Positions 13,101 through 27,864 of a stretch of 64,000 nucleotides of DNA are shown here, piece by piece (the stretch's first letter is position 1; each line of letters starts with the position of its first letter). A model generated the notes under the pieces. That model saw only the letters and a list, made by a program, of their open reading frames with translations. It was not told the DNA's origin and made no database searches. The stretch is from NCBI RefSeq assembly GCF_009914755.1, contig NC_060941.1. One strand, given 5' to 3'. The translations under genes and the position numbers were made by a program. Origin of the DNA: the human T2T-CHM13v2.0 reference genome, Homo sapiens.

Positions 13101-16100
13101 GGAAACGGAATCATCTTCACATAAAAACTATACAGATGCATTCTCAGGAACTTTTTGGTGATGTTTGTATTCAACTCCCAGAGTTGAACTTTCCTTTGGA
13201 AAGAGCCGCTATGAAACACTCTTTTTCTAGAATCTGCAAGTGGACGTTTGGAGGGCTTTGTGGTTTGTGGTGGAAAAGGAAATATCTTCACCTAAATACT
13301 AGAGAGAAGCATTCTCAGAAACTGCTTTGTGACGATTGCATTCACCTCACAGAGTTGAACATTCCTATTGATAGAGCAGGTTGGAAACACTCTTGTTGTG
13401 GAATGTGCAAGTGGAGATTTGGAGCGCTTTGAGGCCTATGGTAGTAAAGGGAATAGCTTCATAGAAAAACTAGACAGAAGCATTCTCAGAAAATACTTTG
13501 TGATGATTGAGTTGAACTCACAGAGCTGAACATTCCTTTGGATGGAGCAGGTTTGAGACACACTTTTTGTAGAATCTACAAGTGGATATTTGGACCTCTC
13601 TGAGGATTTCGTTGGAAACGGGATAACTGCACCTAACTAAACGGAAGCATTCTCAGAAACTTCTTGGTGATGTTTGCATTCAAATCCCAGAGTTGAACCT
13701 TCCTTTGATAGTTCAGGTTTGAAACACTCTTTTTGTAGGATCTGCAAGTGGCTATTTGGACCACTCTGTGGCATTCATTCAAAACGGGTATATCTTCGCA
13801 TAAAATCTAGACAGAAGCCTTCTCAGAAACTTCTCTGTGATGATTGCATTCAACTCACAGAGTTGAACCCTCCTATGGATAGAGCAGTGTTGAAACTCTC
13901 TTTTTGTGGAATCTGCAAGTGGATATGTGGACCTCTTTGAAGATGTCTTTGGAAACGGGAATATCTTCACATAAAAACTAAACGGAAGCATTCTCAGAAA
14001 CTTCTCTGTGATGTTTGTGTTCAACTCCCAGAGTTTCACATTGCTTTTCATAGAGTAGTTCTGAAACATGCTTTTCGTAGTGTCTACAAGTGGACATTTG
14101 GAGCGCTTCCAGGCCTGTGGTGGAAAACGAATTATGGTCACATAAAAACTGGAGAGAAGCATTGTCAGAAACTTCTTTGTGATGATTGCATTCAACTCAC
14201 AGAGTTGAAGGTTCCTTTTCAAAGAGCAGTTTCCAATCACTCTTTCTGTGGAATCTGCAAGTGGATATTTCGACCTATTTTGAAGATTTCGTTGGAAACG
14301 GGATAATCTTCACAGAAAAGCTAAACAGAAGCATTCTCAGAAACTTCTTTGTGATGCTTGCATTCAACTCACAGAGTTGAACTTTCCTTTCGAGAGAGAA
14401 GCTTTGAAACACTCTTTTTCCAGAATGTGCAAGTGGACATTTGGAGGGCTTTGAGGCCTGTGGTGGAAAAGGAATTATCTTCCCGTAAAAGCTAGATAGA
14501 AGCATTCTCAGAAACTACTTTGTGATGATTGCATTCAAGTCACAGAGTTGAACATTCCCTTTGACAGAGCAGTTTGGAAACTCTCTTTGTGTAGAATCTG
14601 CAAGTGGAGATATGGACCGCTTTGAGGCCTATGGTAGTAAAGGAAATAGCTTCATATAAAAGCTAGACAGTAGCATTCACAGAAAACTCTTGGTGACGAC
14701 TGAGTTTAACTCACAGAGCTGAACATTTCTTTGGATGGAGCAGTTTCGAAACACACTATTTGTAGAATGTGCAAGTGGATATTTGGGCCTCTCTGAGGAT
14801 TTCGCTGGAAACGGGATAAACCGCACAGAACTAAACAGAAGCATTCTCTGAACCTTCTTCGTGATGTTTGCATTCAACTCACAGTGTTGAACCTTTCTTT
14901 GATAGTTCAGGTTGGAAACGGTCTTTCTGTAGAAACTGCAAGTAGATATTTGGACCTCTCTGAGGATTTCGTTGGAAACGGGATAAACCGCACAGAACTA
15001 AAACAGAAGCATTCTCAGAACCCTCTTCGTGATGTTTGCATTCAACTCACAGTGCTGAACCTTTCTTTGATAGTTCAGCTTTGAAACACTCTTCTTGTAG
15101 AAACTGCAAGTGGATATTTGGTCCTCTCTGAGGATTTCGTTGGAAACGGGATAAACCGCCCAGAACTAAACAGAAGCATTCTCAGAACCTTCTTCGTGAT
15201 GTCTGCATTCAACTCACAGTGTGGAACCTTTCTTTGATAGTTCAGGTTTGAAACACTCTTTTTGTAGAAACTGCAAGGGGATAATTGCACTTCTTTGAGG
15301 CCTACCGTAGTAAAGGAAATAACTTCCTATAGAAAGAAGACAGAAGCTTTCTCAGAAAATTCTTTGGGATGATTGAGTGGAACTCACAGAGCTGAACATT
15401 CCTTGCGATGTAGCAGTTTAGAAACACACTTTCTGCAGAATCTGCAAGTGCATATTTGGACCTCTCTGAGGAATTCGTTGGAAACGGGATAATTTCAGCT
15501 GACTAAACAGAAGCAGTCTCAGAATCTTCTTTGTGATGTTTGCATTCAAATCCCAGAGTTGAACTTTCCTTTCAAAGTTCACGTTTGAAACACTCTTTTT
15601 GCAGGATCTACAAGTGGATATTTGGACCACTCTGTGTCCTTCGTTTGAAACGGGTATATCTTCACATGACATCTAGACAGAAGCATTCTCAGAAGCTTCT
15701 CTGTGATGACTGCATTCAACTCACGGAGTTGAACACTCCTTTTGAGAGCGCAGTTTTGAAACTCTCTTTCTGTGGCATCCGCAAGGGGACATGTAGACCT
15801 GTTTGAAGATTTCGTTGGAAAGGGAATCATCTTCACATAAAAACTATACAGATGCATTCTCAGGAACTTTTTGGTGATGTTTGTATTCAACTCCCAGAGT
15901 TGAACTTTCCTTTGGAAAGAGCAGCTATGAAACACTCTTTTTCTAGAATCTGCAAGTGGACGTTTGGAGGGCTTTGTGGTTTGTGGTGGAAAAGGAAATA
16001 TCTTCACCTAAATACTAGAGAGAAGCATTCTCAGAAACTGCTTTGTGATGATTGCATTCACCTCACAGAGTTGAACATTCCTATTGATAGAGCAGTTTGG

Positions 16101-18019
16101 AAACACTCTTGTTGTGGAATGTGCAAGTGGAGATTTGGAGCGCTTTGAGGCCTATGGTAGTAAAGGGAATAGCTTCATAGAAAAACTAGACAGAAGCATT
16201 CTCAGAAAATATTTTGTGATGATTGAGTTTAACTCACAGAGCTGAACATTCCTTTGGATGGAGCAGGTTTGAGACACACTTTTTGTAGAATCTACAAGTG
16301 GATATTTGGACCTCTCTGAGGATTTCGTTGGAAACGGGATAACTGCACCTAACTAAACGGAAGCATTCTCAGAAACTTCTTGGTGATGTTTGCATTCAAA
16401 TCCGAGAGTTGAACCTTCCTTTGATAGTTCAGGTTTGAAACACTCTTTTTGTAGGATCTGCAAGTGGATATTTGGACCACTCTGTGGCCTTCGTTCGAAA
16501 CGGGTACATCTTCGCATAAAATCTAGACAGAAGCTTTCTCAGAAACTTCTCTGTGATGATTGCATTCAACTCACAGAGTTGAACCCTCCTATGGATAGAG
16601 CAGTGTTGAAACTCTCTTTTTGTGGAATCTGCAAGTGGATATGTGGACCTCTCCGAAGATGTCTTTGGAAACGGGAATATCTTCACATAATAACTAAACA
16701 GAAGCATTCTCAGAAACTTCTCTGTGATGTTTGTGTTCAACTCCCAGAGTTTCACATTGCTTTTCATAGAGTAGTTCTGAAACATGCTTTTCGTAGTGTC
16801 TACAAGTGGACATTTGGAGCGCTTCCAGTCCTGTGGTGGAAAACGAATTATGGTCACATAAAAACTGGAGAGAAGCATTGTCAGAAACTTCTTTGTGATG
16901 ATTGCATTCAACTCACAGAGTTGAAGGTTCCTTTTCAAAGAGCAGTTTCCAATCACTCTTTCTGTGGAATCTGCAAGTGGATATTTCGACCTATTTTGAA
17001 GATTTCGTTGGAAACGGGATAATCTTCACAGAAAAGCTAAACAGAAGCATTCTCAGAAACTTCTTTGTGATGCTTGCATTCAACTCACAGAGTTGAACTT
17101 TCCTTTCGAGAGAGAAGCTTTGAAACACTCTTTTTCCAGAATCTGCAAGTGGACATTTGGAGGGCTTTGAGGCCTGTGGTGGAAAAGGAATTATCTTCCC
17201 GTAAAAGCTAGATAGAAGCATTCTCAGAAACTACTTTGTGATGATTGCATTCAAGTCACAGAGTTGATCATTCCCTTTGACAGAGCAGTTTGGAAACTCT
17301 CTTTGTGTAGAATCTGCAAGTGGAGATATGGACCGCTTTGAGGCCTATGGTAGTAAAGGAAATAGCTTCATATAAAAGCTAGACAGTAGCATTCACAGAA
17401 AACTCTTGGTGACGACTGAGTTTAACTCACAGAGCTGAACATTCCTTTGGATGGAGCAGTTTCGAAACACACTATTTGTAGAATCTGCAAGTGGATATTT
17501 GGGCCTCTCTGAGGATTTCGTTGGAAACGGGATAAACCGCACAGAACTAAAACAGAAGCATTCTCAGAACCCTCTTCGTGATGTTTGCATTCAACTCACA
17601 GTGCTGAACCTTTCTTTGATAGTTCAGCTTTGAAACACTCTTCTTTTAGAAACTGCAAGTGGATATTTGGTCCTCTCTGAGGATTTCGTTGGAAACGGGA
17701 TAAACCGCACAGAACTAAACAGAAGCATTCTCAGAACCTTCTTCGTGATGTCTGCATTCAACTCACAGTGTGGAACCTTTCTTTGATAGTTCAGGTTTGA
17801 AACACTCTTTTTGTAGAAACTGCAAGGGGATAATTGCACTTCTTTGAGGCCTACCGTAGTAAAGGAAATAACTTCCTATAGAAAGAAGACAGAAGCTTTC
17901 TCAGAAAATTCTTTGGGATGATTGAGTGGAACTCACAGAGCTGAACATTCCTTGCGATGTAGCAGTTTAGAAACACACTTTCTGCAGAATCTGCAAGTGC
18001 ATATTTGGACCTCTCTGAG

Positions 18020-19885
18020 GAATTCGTTGGAAACGGGATAATTTCAGCTGACTAAACAGAAGCAGTCTCAGAATCTTCTTTGTGATGTTTGCATTCAAAT
18101 CCCAGAGTTGAACTTTCCTTTCAAAGTTCACGTTTGAAACACTCTTTTTGCAGGATCTACAAGTGGATATTTTGACCACTCTGTGTCCTTCGTTCGAAAC
18201 GGGTATATCTTCACATGACATCTAGACAGAAGCATTCTCAGAAGCTTCTCTGTGATGACTGCATTCAACTCACGGAGTTGAACACTCCTCTTGAGAGCGC
18301 AGTTTTGAAACTCTCTTTCTGTGGCATCCGCAAGTGGATATGTGGACCTCTTTGAAGATGTCTTTGGAAACGGGAATATCTTCACATAAAAACTAAACGG
18401 AAGCATTCTCAGAAACTTCTCTGTGATGTTTGTGTTCAACTCCCAGAGTTTCACATTGCTTTTCATAGAGTAGTTCTGAAACATGCTTTTCGTAGTGTCT
18501 ACAAGTGGACATTTGGAGCGCTTCCAGGCCTGTGGTGGAAAACGAATTATGGTCACATAAAAACTGGAGAGAAGCATTGTCAGAAACTTCTTTGTGATGA
18601 TTGCATTCAACTCACAGAGTTGAAGGTTCCTTTTCAAAGAGCAGTTTCCAATCACTCTTTCTGTGGAATCTGCAAGTGGATATTTCGACCTATTTTGAAG
18701 ATTTCGTTGGAAACGGGAGAATCTTCACAGAAAAGCTAAACAGAAGCATTCTCAGAAACTTCTTTGTGATGCTTGCATTCAACTCACAGAGTTGAACTTT
18801 CCTTTCGAGAGAGAAGCTTTGAAACACTCTTTTTCCAGAATCTGCAAGTGGACATTTGGAGGGCTTTGAGGCCTGTGGTGGAAAAGGAATTATCTTCCCG
18901 TAAAAGCTAGATAGAAGCATTCTCAGAAACTACTTTGTGATGATTGCATTCAAGTCACAGAGTTGAACATTCCCTTTGACAGAGCAGTTTGGAAACTCTC
19001 TTTGTGTAGAATCTGCAAGTGGAGATATGGACCGCTTTGAGGCCTATGGTAGTAAAGGAAATAGCTTCATATAAAAGCTAGACAGTAGCATTCACAGAAA
19101 ACTCTTGGTGACGACTGAGTTTAACTCACAGAGCTGAACATTCCTTTGGATGGAGCAGTTTCGAAACACACTATTTGTAGAATGTGCAAGTGGATATTTG
19201 GGCCTCTCTGAGGATTTCGCTGGAAACGGGATAAACCGCACAGAACTAAACAGAAGCATTCTCTGAACCTTCTTCGTGATGTTTGCATTCAACTCACAGT
19301 GTTGAACCTTTCTTTGATAGTTCAGGTTGGAAACGGTCTTTCTGTAGAAACTGCAAGTAGATATTTGGACCTCTCTGAGGATTTCGTTGGAAACGGGATA
19401 AACCGCACAGAACTAAAACAGAAGCATTCTCAGAACCCTCTTCGTGATGTTTGCATTCAACTCACAGTGCTGAACCTTTCTTTGATAGTTCAGCTTTGAA
19501 ACACTCTTCTTGTAGAAACTGCAAGTGGATATTTGGACCTCTCTGAGGATTTCGTTGGAAACGGGATAAACCGCACAGAACTAAACAGAAGCATTCTCAG
19601 AACCTTCTTCGTGATGTCTGCATTCAACTCACAGTGTGGAACCTTTCTTTGATAGTTCAGGTTTGAAACACTCTTTTTGTAGAAACTGCAAGGGGATAAT
19701 TGCACTTCTTTGAGGCCTACCGTAGTAAAGGAAATAACTTCCTATAGAAAGAAGACAGAAGCTTTCTCAGAAAATTCTTTGGGATGATTGAGTGGAACTC
19801 ACAGAGCTGAACATTCCTTGCGATGTAGCAGTTTAGAAACACACTTTCTGCAGAATCTGCAAGTGCATATTTGGACCTCTCTGAG
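18020..19885 (+). repeat. 11-mer HOR variant (1866 bp), 5-monomer deletion
   Basis: 1866 = 2716-850. Hybrid monomer GTGGCATCC|GCAAG|TGGATATGTGGACC at 18321-18348. Confidence 0.92.
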
Positions 19886-22432
19886 GAATTCGTTGGAAAC
19901 GGGATAATTTCAGCTGACTAAACAGAAGCAGTCTCAGAATCTTCTTTGTGATGTTTGCATTCAAATCCCAGAGTTGAACTTTCCTTTCAATGTTCACGTT
20001 TGAAACACTCTTTTTGCAGGATCTACAAGTGGATATTTGGACCACTCTGTGTCCTTCGTTCGAAACGGGTATATCTTCACATGACATCTAGACAGAAGCA
20101 TTCTCAGAAGCTTCTCTGTGATGACTGCATTCAACTCACGGAGTTGAACACTCCTTTTGAGAGCGCAGTTTTGAAACTCTCTTTCTGTGGCATCCGCAAG
20201 GGGACATGTAGACCTCTTTGAAGATTTCGTTGGAAACGGAATCATCTTCACATAAAAACTATACAGATGCATTCTCAGGAACTTTTTGGTGATGTTTGTA
20301 TTCAACTCCCAGAGTTGAACTTTCCTTTGGAAAGAGCAGCTATGAAACACTCTTTTTCTAGAATCTGCAAGTGGACGTTTGGAGGGCTTTGTGGTTTGTG
20401 GTGGAAAAGGAAATATCTTCACCTAAATACTAGAGAGAAGCATTCTCAGAAACTGCTTTGTGATGATTGCATTCACCTCACAGAGTTGAACATTCCTATT
20501 GATAGAGCAGTTTGGAAACACTCTTGTTGTGGAATGTGCAAGTGGAGATTTGGAGCGCTTTGAGGCCTATGGTAGTAAAGGGAATAGCTTCATAGAAAAA
20601 CTAGACAGAAGCATTCTCAGAAAATACTTTGTGATGATTGAGTTGAACTCACAGAGCTGAACATTCCTTTGGATGGAGCAGGTTTGAGACACACTTTTTG
20701 TAGAATCTACAAGTGGATATTTGGACCTCTCTGAGGATTTCGTTGGAAACGGGATAACTGCACCTAACTAAACGGAAGCATTCTCAGAAACTTCTTGGTG
20801 ATGTTTGCATTCAAATCCCAGAGTTGAACCTTCCTTTGACAGTTCAGGTTTGAAACACTCTTTTTGTAGGATCTGCAAGTGGATATTTGGACCACTCTGT
20901 GGCCTTCGTTCGAAACGGGTACATCTTCGCATAAAATCTAGACAGAAGCCTTCTCAGAAACTTCTCTGTGATGATTGCATTCAACTCACAGAGTTGAACC
21001 CTCCTATGGATAGAGCAGTGTTGAAACTCTCTTTTTGTGGAATCTGCAAGTGGATATGTGGACCTCTCCGAAGATGTCTTTGGAAACGGGAATATCTTCA
21101 CATAAAAACTAAACAGAAGCATTCTCAGAAACTTCTCTGTGATGTTTGTGTTCAACTCCCAGAGTTTCACATTGCTTTTCATAGAGTAGTTCTGAAACAT
21201 GCTTTTCGTAGTGTCTGCAAGTGGACATTTGGAGCGCTTTCAGGCCTGTGGTGGAAAACGAATTATGGTCACATAAAAACTGGAGAGAAGCATTGTCAGA
21301 AACTTCTTTGTGATGATTGCATTCAACTCACAGAGTTGAAGGTTCCTTTTCAAACAGCAGTTTCCAATCACTCTTTCTGTGGAATCTGCAAGTGGATATT
21401 TCGACCTCTTTGAAGATTTCGTTGGAAACGGGAGAATCTTCACAGAAAAGCTAAACAGAAGCATTCTCAGAAACTTCTTTGTGATGCTTGCATTCAACTC
21501 ACAGAGTTGAAATTTCCTTTTGAGAGAGAAGCTTTGAAACACTCTTTTTCCAGAATGTTCAAGTGGATATTTGCAGGGCTTTGAGGCCTGTGGTGGAAAA
21601 GGAATTATCTTCCCGTAAAAGCTAGATAGAAGCATTCTCAGAAACTACTTTGTGATGATTGCATTCAAGTCACAGAGTTGAACATTCCCTTTGACAGAGC
21701 AGTTTGGAAACCCTCTTTGTGTAGAATCTGCAAGTGGAGATATGGACCGCTTTGAGGCCTATGGTAGTAAAGGAAATAGATTCATATAAAAGCTAGACAG
21801 TAGGATTCACAGAAAACTCTTGGTGACGACCGAGTTTAACTCACAGAGCTGAACATTCCTTTGAATGGAGCAGTTTCGAAACACACTATTTGTAGAATGT
21901 GCAAGTGGATATTTGGGCCTCTCTGAGGATTTCGTTGGAAACGGGATAAACCGCACAGAACTAAACAGAAGCATTCTCAGAACCTTCTTCGTGATGTTTG
22001 CATTCAACTCACAGTGTTGAACCTTTCTTTGATAGTTCAGGTTTGAAACGGTCTTTCTGTAGAAACTGCAAGTAGATATTTGGACCTCTCTGAGGATTTC
22101 GTTGGAAACGGGATAAACCGCACAGAACTAAACAGAAGCATTCTCAGAACCTTCTTCCTGATGTCTGCATTCAACTCACAGTGTGGAACCTTTCTTTGAT
22201 AGTTCAGGTTTGAAACACTCTTTTTGTAGAAACTGCAAGGGGATAATTGCACTTCTTTGAGGCCTACCGTAGTAAAGGAAGTATCTTCCTATAGAAAGAA
22301 GACAGAAGCTTTCTCAGAAAATTCTTTGGGATGATTGAGTGGAATTCACAGAGCTGAACATTCCTTGCGATGTAGCAGTTTAGAAACACACTTTCTGCAG
22401 AATCTGCAAGTGCATATTTGGACCTCTCTGAG
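19886..22432 (+). repeat. 15-mer HOR, type II (2547 bp); same class starts at 46041 (2548 bp) and 56402 (2546 bp)
   Basis: Two triplet copies. Keeps the AAACGGTCTTTCTGTAG monomer and lacks the CAGCTTTGAAACACTCTTCTTG monomer. Extra EcoRI site at 22342 (also 58857). Confidence 0.88.
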
Positions 22433-25400
22433 GAATTCGTTGGAAACGGGATAATTTCAGCTGACTAAACAGAAGCAGTCTCAGAATCTTCTTTGTGATG
22501 TTTGCATTCAAATCCCAGAGTTGAACTTTCCTTTCAAAGTTCACGTTTGAAACACTCTTTTTGCAGGATCTACAAGTGGATATTTGGACCACTCTGTGTC
22601 CTTCGTTCGAAACGGGTATATCTTCACATGACATCTAGACAGAGGCATCCTCAGAAGCTTCTCTGTGATGACTGCATTCAACTCACGGAGTTGAACACTC
22701 CTTTTGAGAGCGCAGTTTTGAAACTCTCTTTCTGTGGCATCTGCAAGGGGACATGTAGACCTCTTTGAAGATTTCGTTGGAAACGGAATCATCTTCACAT
22801 AAAAACTATACAGACGCATTCTCAGGAACTTTTTGGTGATGTTTGTATTCAACTCCCAGAGTTGAACTTTCCTTTGGAAAGAGCAGCTATGAAACACTCT
22901 TTTTCTAGAATCTGCAAGTGGACGTTTGGAGGGCTTTGTGGTTTGTGGTGGAAAAGGAAATATCTTCACCTAAATACTAGATAGAAGCATTCTCAGAAAC
23001 TGCTTTGTGATGATTGCATTCACCTCACAGAGTTGAACATTCCTATTGATAGAGCAGTTTGGAAACACTCTTGTTGTGGAATGTGCAAGTGGAGATTTGG
23101 AGCGCTTTGAGGCCTATGGTAGTAAAGGGAATAGCTTCATAGAAAAACTAGACAGAAGCATTCTCAGAAAATACTTTGTGATGATTGAGTTGAACTCACA
23201 GAGCTGAACATTCCTTTGGATGGAGCAGGTTTGAGACAAACTTTTTGTAGAATCTACAAGTGGATATTTGGACCTCTCTGAGGATTTCGTTGGAAACGGG
23301 ATAACTGCACCTAACTAAACGGAAGGATTCTCAGAAACTTCTTGGTGATGTTTGCATTCAAATCCCAGAGTTGAACCTTCCTTTGATAGTTCAGGTTTGA
23401 AACACTCTTTTTGTAGGATCTGCAAGTGGCTATTTGGACCACTCTGTGGCATTCTTTCAAAACGGGTATATCTTCGCATAAAATCTAGACAGAAGCCTTC
23501 TCAGAAACTTCTCTGTGATGATTGCATTCAACTCACAGAGTTGAACCCTCCTATGGATAGAGCAGTGTTGAAACTCTCTTTTTGTGGAATCTGCAAGTGG
23601 ATATGTGGACCTCTTTGAAGATGTCTTTGGAAACGGGAATATCTTCACATAAAAACTAAACGGAAGCATTCTCAAAAACTTCTCTGTGATGTTTGTGTTC
23701 AACTCCCAGAGTTTCACATTGCTTTTCATAGAGTAGTTCTGAAACATGCTTTTCGTAGTGTCTACAAGTGGACATTTGGAGCGCTTCCAGGCCTGTGGTG
23801 GAAAACGAATTATGGTCACATAAAAACTGGAGAGAAGCATTGTCAGAAACTTCTTTGTGATGATTGCATTCAACTCACAGAGTTGAAGGTTCCTTTTCAA
23901 AGAGCAGTTTCCAATCACTCTTTCTGTGGAATCTGCAAGTGGATATTTCGACCTATTTTGAAGATTTCGTTGGAAACGGGATAATCTTCACAGAAAAGCT
24001 AAACAGAAGCATTCTCAGAAACTTCTTTGTGATGCTTGCATTCAACTCACAGAGTTGAACTTTCCTTTCGAGAGAGAAGCTTTGAAACACTCTTTTTCCA
24101 GAATGTGCAAGTGGACATTTGGAGGGCTTTGAGGCCTGTGGTGGAAAAGGAATTATCTTCCCGTAAAAGCTAGATAGAAGCATTCTCAGAAACTACTTTG
24201 TGATGATTGCATTCAAGTCACAGAGTTGAACATTCCCTTTGACAGAGCAGTTTGGAAACTCTCTTTGTGTAGAATCTGCAAGTGGAGATATGGACCGCTT
24301 TGAGGCCTATGGTAGTAAAGGAAATAGCTTCATATAAAAGCTAGACAGTAGCATTCACAGAAAACTCTTGGTGACGACTGAGTTTAACTCACAGAGCTGA
24401 ACATTCCTTTGGATGGAGCAGTTTCGAAACACACTATTTGTAGAATGTGCAAGTGGATATTTGGGCCTCTCTGAGGATTTCGCTGGAAACGGGATAAACC
24501 GCACAGAACTAAACAGAAGCATTCTCTGAACCTTCTTCGTGATGTTTGCATTCAACTCACAGTGTTGAACCTTTCTTTGATAGTTCAGGTTGGAAACGGT
24601 CTTTCTGTAGAAACTGCAAGTAGATATTTGGACCTCTCTGAGGATTTCGTTGGAAACGGGATAAACCACACAGAACTAAAACAGAAGCATTCTCAGAACC
24701 CTCTTCGTGATGTTTGCATTCAACTCACAGTGCTGAACCTTTCTTTGATAGTTCAGCTTTGAAACACTCTTCTTGTAGAAACTGCAAGTGGATATTTGGT
24801 CCTCTCTGAGGATTTCGTTGGAAACGGGATAAACCGCACAGAACTAAACAGAAGCATTCTCAGAACCTTCTTCGTGATGTCTGCATTCAACTCACAGTGT
24901 GGAACCTTTCTTTGATAGTTCAGGTTTGAAACACTCTTTTTGTAGAAACTGCAAGGGGATAATTGCACTTCTTTGAGGCCTACCGTAGTAAAGGAAATAA
25001 CTTCCTATAGAAAGAAGACAGAAGCTTTCTCAGAAAATTCTTTGGGATGATTGAGTGGAACTCACAGAGCTGAACATTCCTTGCGATGTAGCAGTTTAGA
25101 AACACACTTTCTGCAGAATCTGCAAGTGCATATTTGAACCTCTCTGAGGAATTCGTTGGAAACGGGATAATTTCAGCTGACTAAACAGAAGCAGTCTCAG
25201 AATCTTCTTTGTGATGTTTGCATTCAAATCCCAGAGTTGAACTTTCCTTTCAAAGTTCACGTTTGAAACACTCTTTTTGCAGGATCTACAAGTGGATATT
25301 TGGACCACTCTGTGTCCTTCGTTCGAAACGGGTATATCTTCACATGACATCTAGACAGAAGCATCCTCAGAAGCTTCTCTCTGATGACTGCATTCAACTC

Positions 25401-27864
25401 ACGGAGTTGAACACTCCTTTTGAGAGCGCAGTTTTGAAACTCTCTTTCTGTGGCATCTGCAAGGGGACATGTAGACCTCTTTGAAGATTTCGTTGGAAAC
25501 GGAATCATCTTCACATAAAAACTATACAGACGCATTCTCAGGAACTTTTTGGTGATGTTTGTATTCAACTCCCAGAGTTGAACTTTCCTTTGGAAAGAGC
25601 AGCTATGAAACACTCTTTTTCTAGAATCTGCAAGTGGACGTTTGGAGGGCTTTGTGGTTTGTGGTGGAAAAGGAAATATCTTCACCTAAATACTAGATAG
25701 AAGCATTCTCAGAAACTGCTTTGTGATGATTGCATTCACCTCACAGAGTTGAACATTCCTATTGATAGAGCAGTTTGGAAACACTCTTGTTGTGGAATGT
25801 GCAAGTGGAGATTTGGAGCGCTTTGAGGCCTATGGTAGTAAAGGGAATAGCTTCATAGAAAAACTAGACAGAAGCATTCTCAGAAAATACTTTGTGATGA
25901 TTGAGTTGAACTCACAGAGCTGAACATTCCTTTGGATGGAGCAGGTTTGAGACACACTTTTTGTAGAATCTACAAGTGGATATTTGGACCTCTCTGAGGA
26001 TTTCGTTGGAAACGGGATAACTGCACCTAACTAAACGGAAGGATTCTCAGAAACTTCTTGGTGATGTTTGCATTCAAATCCCAGAGTTGAACCTTCCTTT
26101 GATAGTTCAGGTTTGAAACACTCTTTTTGTAGGATCTGCAAGTGGCTATTTGGACCACTCTGTGGCATTCTTTCAAAACGGGTATATCTTCGCATAAAAT
26201 CTAGACAGAAGCCTTCTCAGAAACTTCTCTGTGATGATTGCATTCAACTCACAGAGTTGAACCCTCCTATGGATAGAGCAGTGTTGAAACTCTCTTTTTG
26301 TGGAATCTGCAAGTGGATATGTGGACCTCTTTGAAGATGTCTTTGGAAACGGGAATATCTTCACATAAAAACTAAACGGAAGCATTCTCAGAAACTTCTC
26401 TGTGATGTTTGTGTTCAACTCCCAGAGTTTCACATTGCTTTTCATAGAGTAGTTCTGAAACATGCTTTTCGTAGTGTCTACAAGTGGACATTTGGAGCGC
26501 TTCCAGGCCTGTGGTGGAAAACGAATTATGGTCACATAAAAACTGGAGAGAAGCATTGTCAGAAACTTCTTTGTGATGATTGCATTCAACTCACAGAGTT
26601 GAAGGTTCCTTTTCAAAGAGCAGTTTCCAATCACTCTTTCTGTGGAATCTGCAAGTGGATATTTCGACCTATTTTGAAGATTTCGTTGGAAACGGGATAA
26701 TCTTCACAGAAAAGCTAAACAGAAGCATTCTCAGAAACTTCTTTGTGATGCTTGCATTCAACTCACAGAGTTGAACTTTCCTTTCGAGAGAGAAGCTTTG
26801 AAACACTCTTTTTCCAGAATGTGCAAGTGGACATTTGGAGGGCTTTGAGGCCTGTGGTGGAAAAGGAATTATCTTCCCGTAAAAGCTAGATAGAAGCATT
26901 CTCAGAAACTACTTTGTGATGATTGCATTCAAGTCACAGAGTTGAACATTCCCTTTGACAGAGCAGTTTGGAAACTCTCTTTGTGTAGAATCTGCAAGTG
27001 GAGATATGGACCGCTTTGAGGCCTATGGTAGTAAAGGAAATAGCTTCATATAAAAGCTAGACAGTAGCATTCACAGAAAACTCTTGGTGACGACTGAGTT
27101 TAACTCACAGAGCTGAACATTCCTTTGGATGGAGCAGTTTCGAAACACACTATTTGTAGAATGTGCAAGTGGATATTTGGGCCTCTCTGAGGATTTCGCT
27201 GGAAACGGGATAAACCGCACAGAACTAAACAGAAGCATTCTCTGAACCTTCTTCGTGATGTTTGCATTCAACTCACAGTGTTGAACCTTTCTTTGATAGT
27301 TCAGGTTGGAAACGGTCTTTCTGTAGAAACTGCAAGTAGATATTTGGACCTCTCTGAGGATTTCGTTGGAAACGGGATAAACCGCACAGAACTAAAACAG
27401 AAGCATTCTCAGAACCCTCTTCGTGATGTTTGCATTCAACTCACAGTGCTGAACCTTTCTTTGATAGTTCAGCTTTGAAACACTCTTCTTGTAGAAACTG
27501 CAAGTGGATATTTGGTCCTCTCTGAGGATTTCGTTGGAAACGGGATAAACCGCACAGAACTAAACAGAAGCATTCTCAGAACCTTCTTCGTGATGTCTGC
27601 ATTCAACTCACAGTGTGGAACCTTTCTTTGATAGTTCAGGTTTGAAACACTCTTTTTGTAGAAACTGCAAGGGGATAATTGCACTTCTTTGAGGCCTACC
27701 GTAGTAAAGGAAATAACTTCCTATAGAAAGAAGACAGAAGCTTTCTCAGAAAATTCTTTGGGATGATTGAGTGGAACTCACAGAGCTGAACATTCCTTGC
27801 GATGTAGCAGTTTAGAAACACACTTTCTGCAGAATCTGCAAGTGCATATTTGGACCTCTCTGAG

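Noticed and set aside
4455-15165. Shared variant AAACCGCCCAGAAC at ~4461 and ~15158
   Set aside because: A single shared SNP cannot distinguish conversion from recurrence or error.
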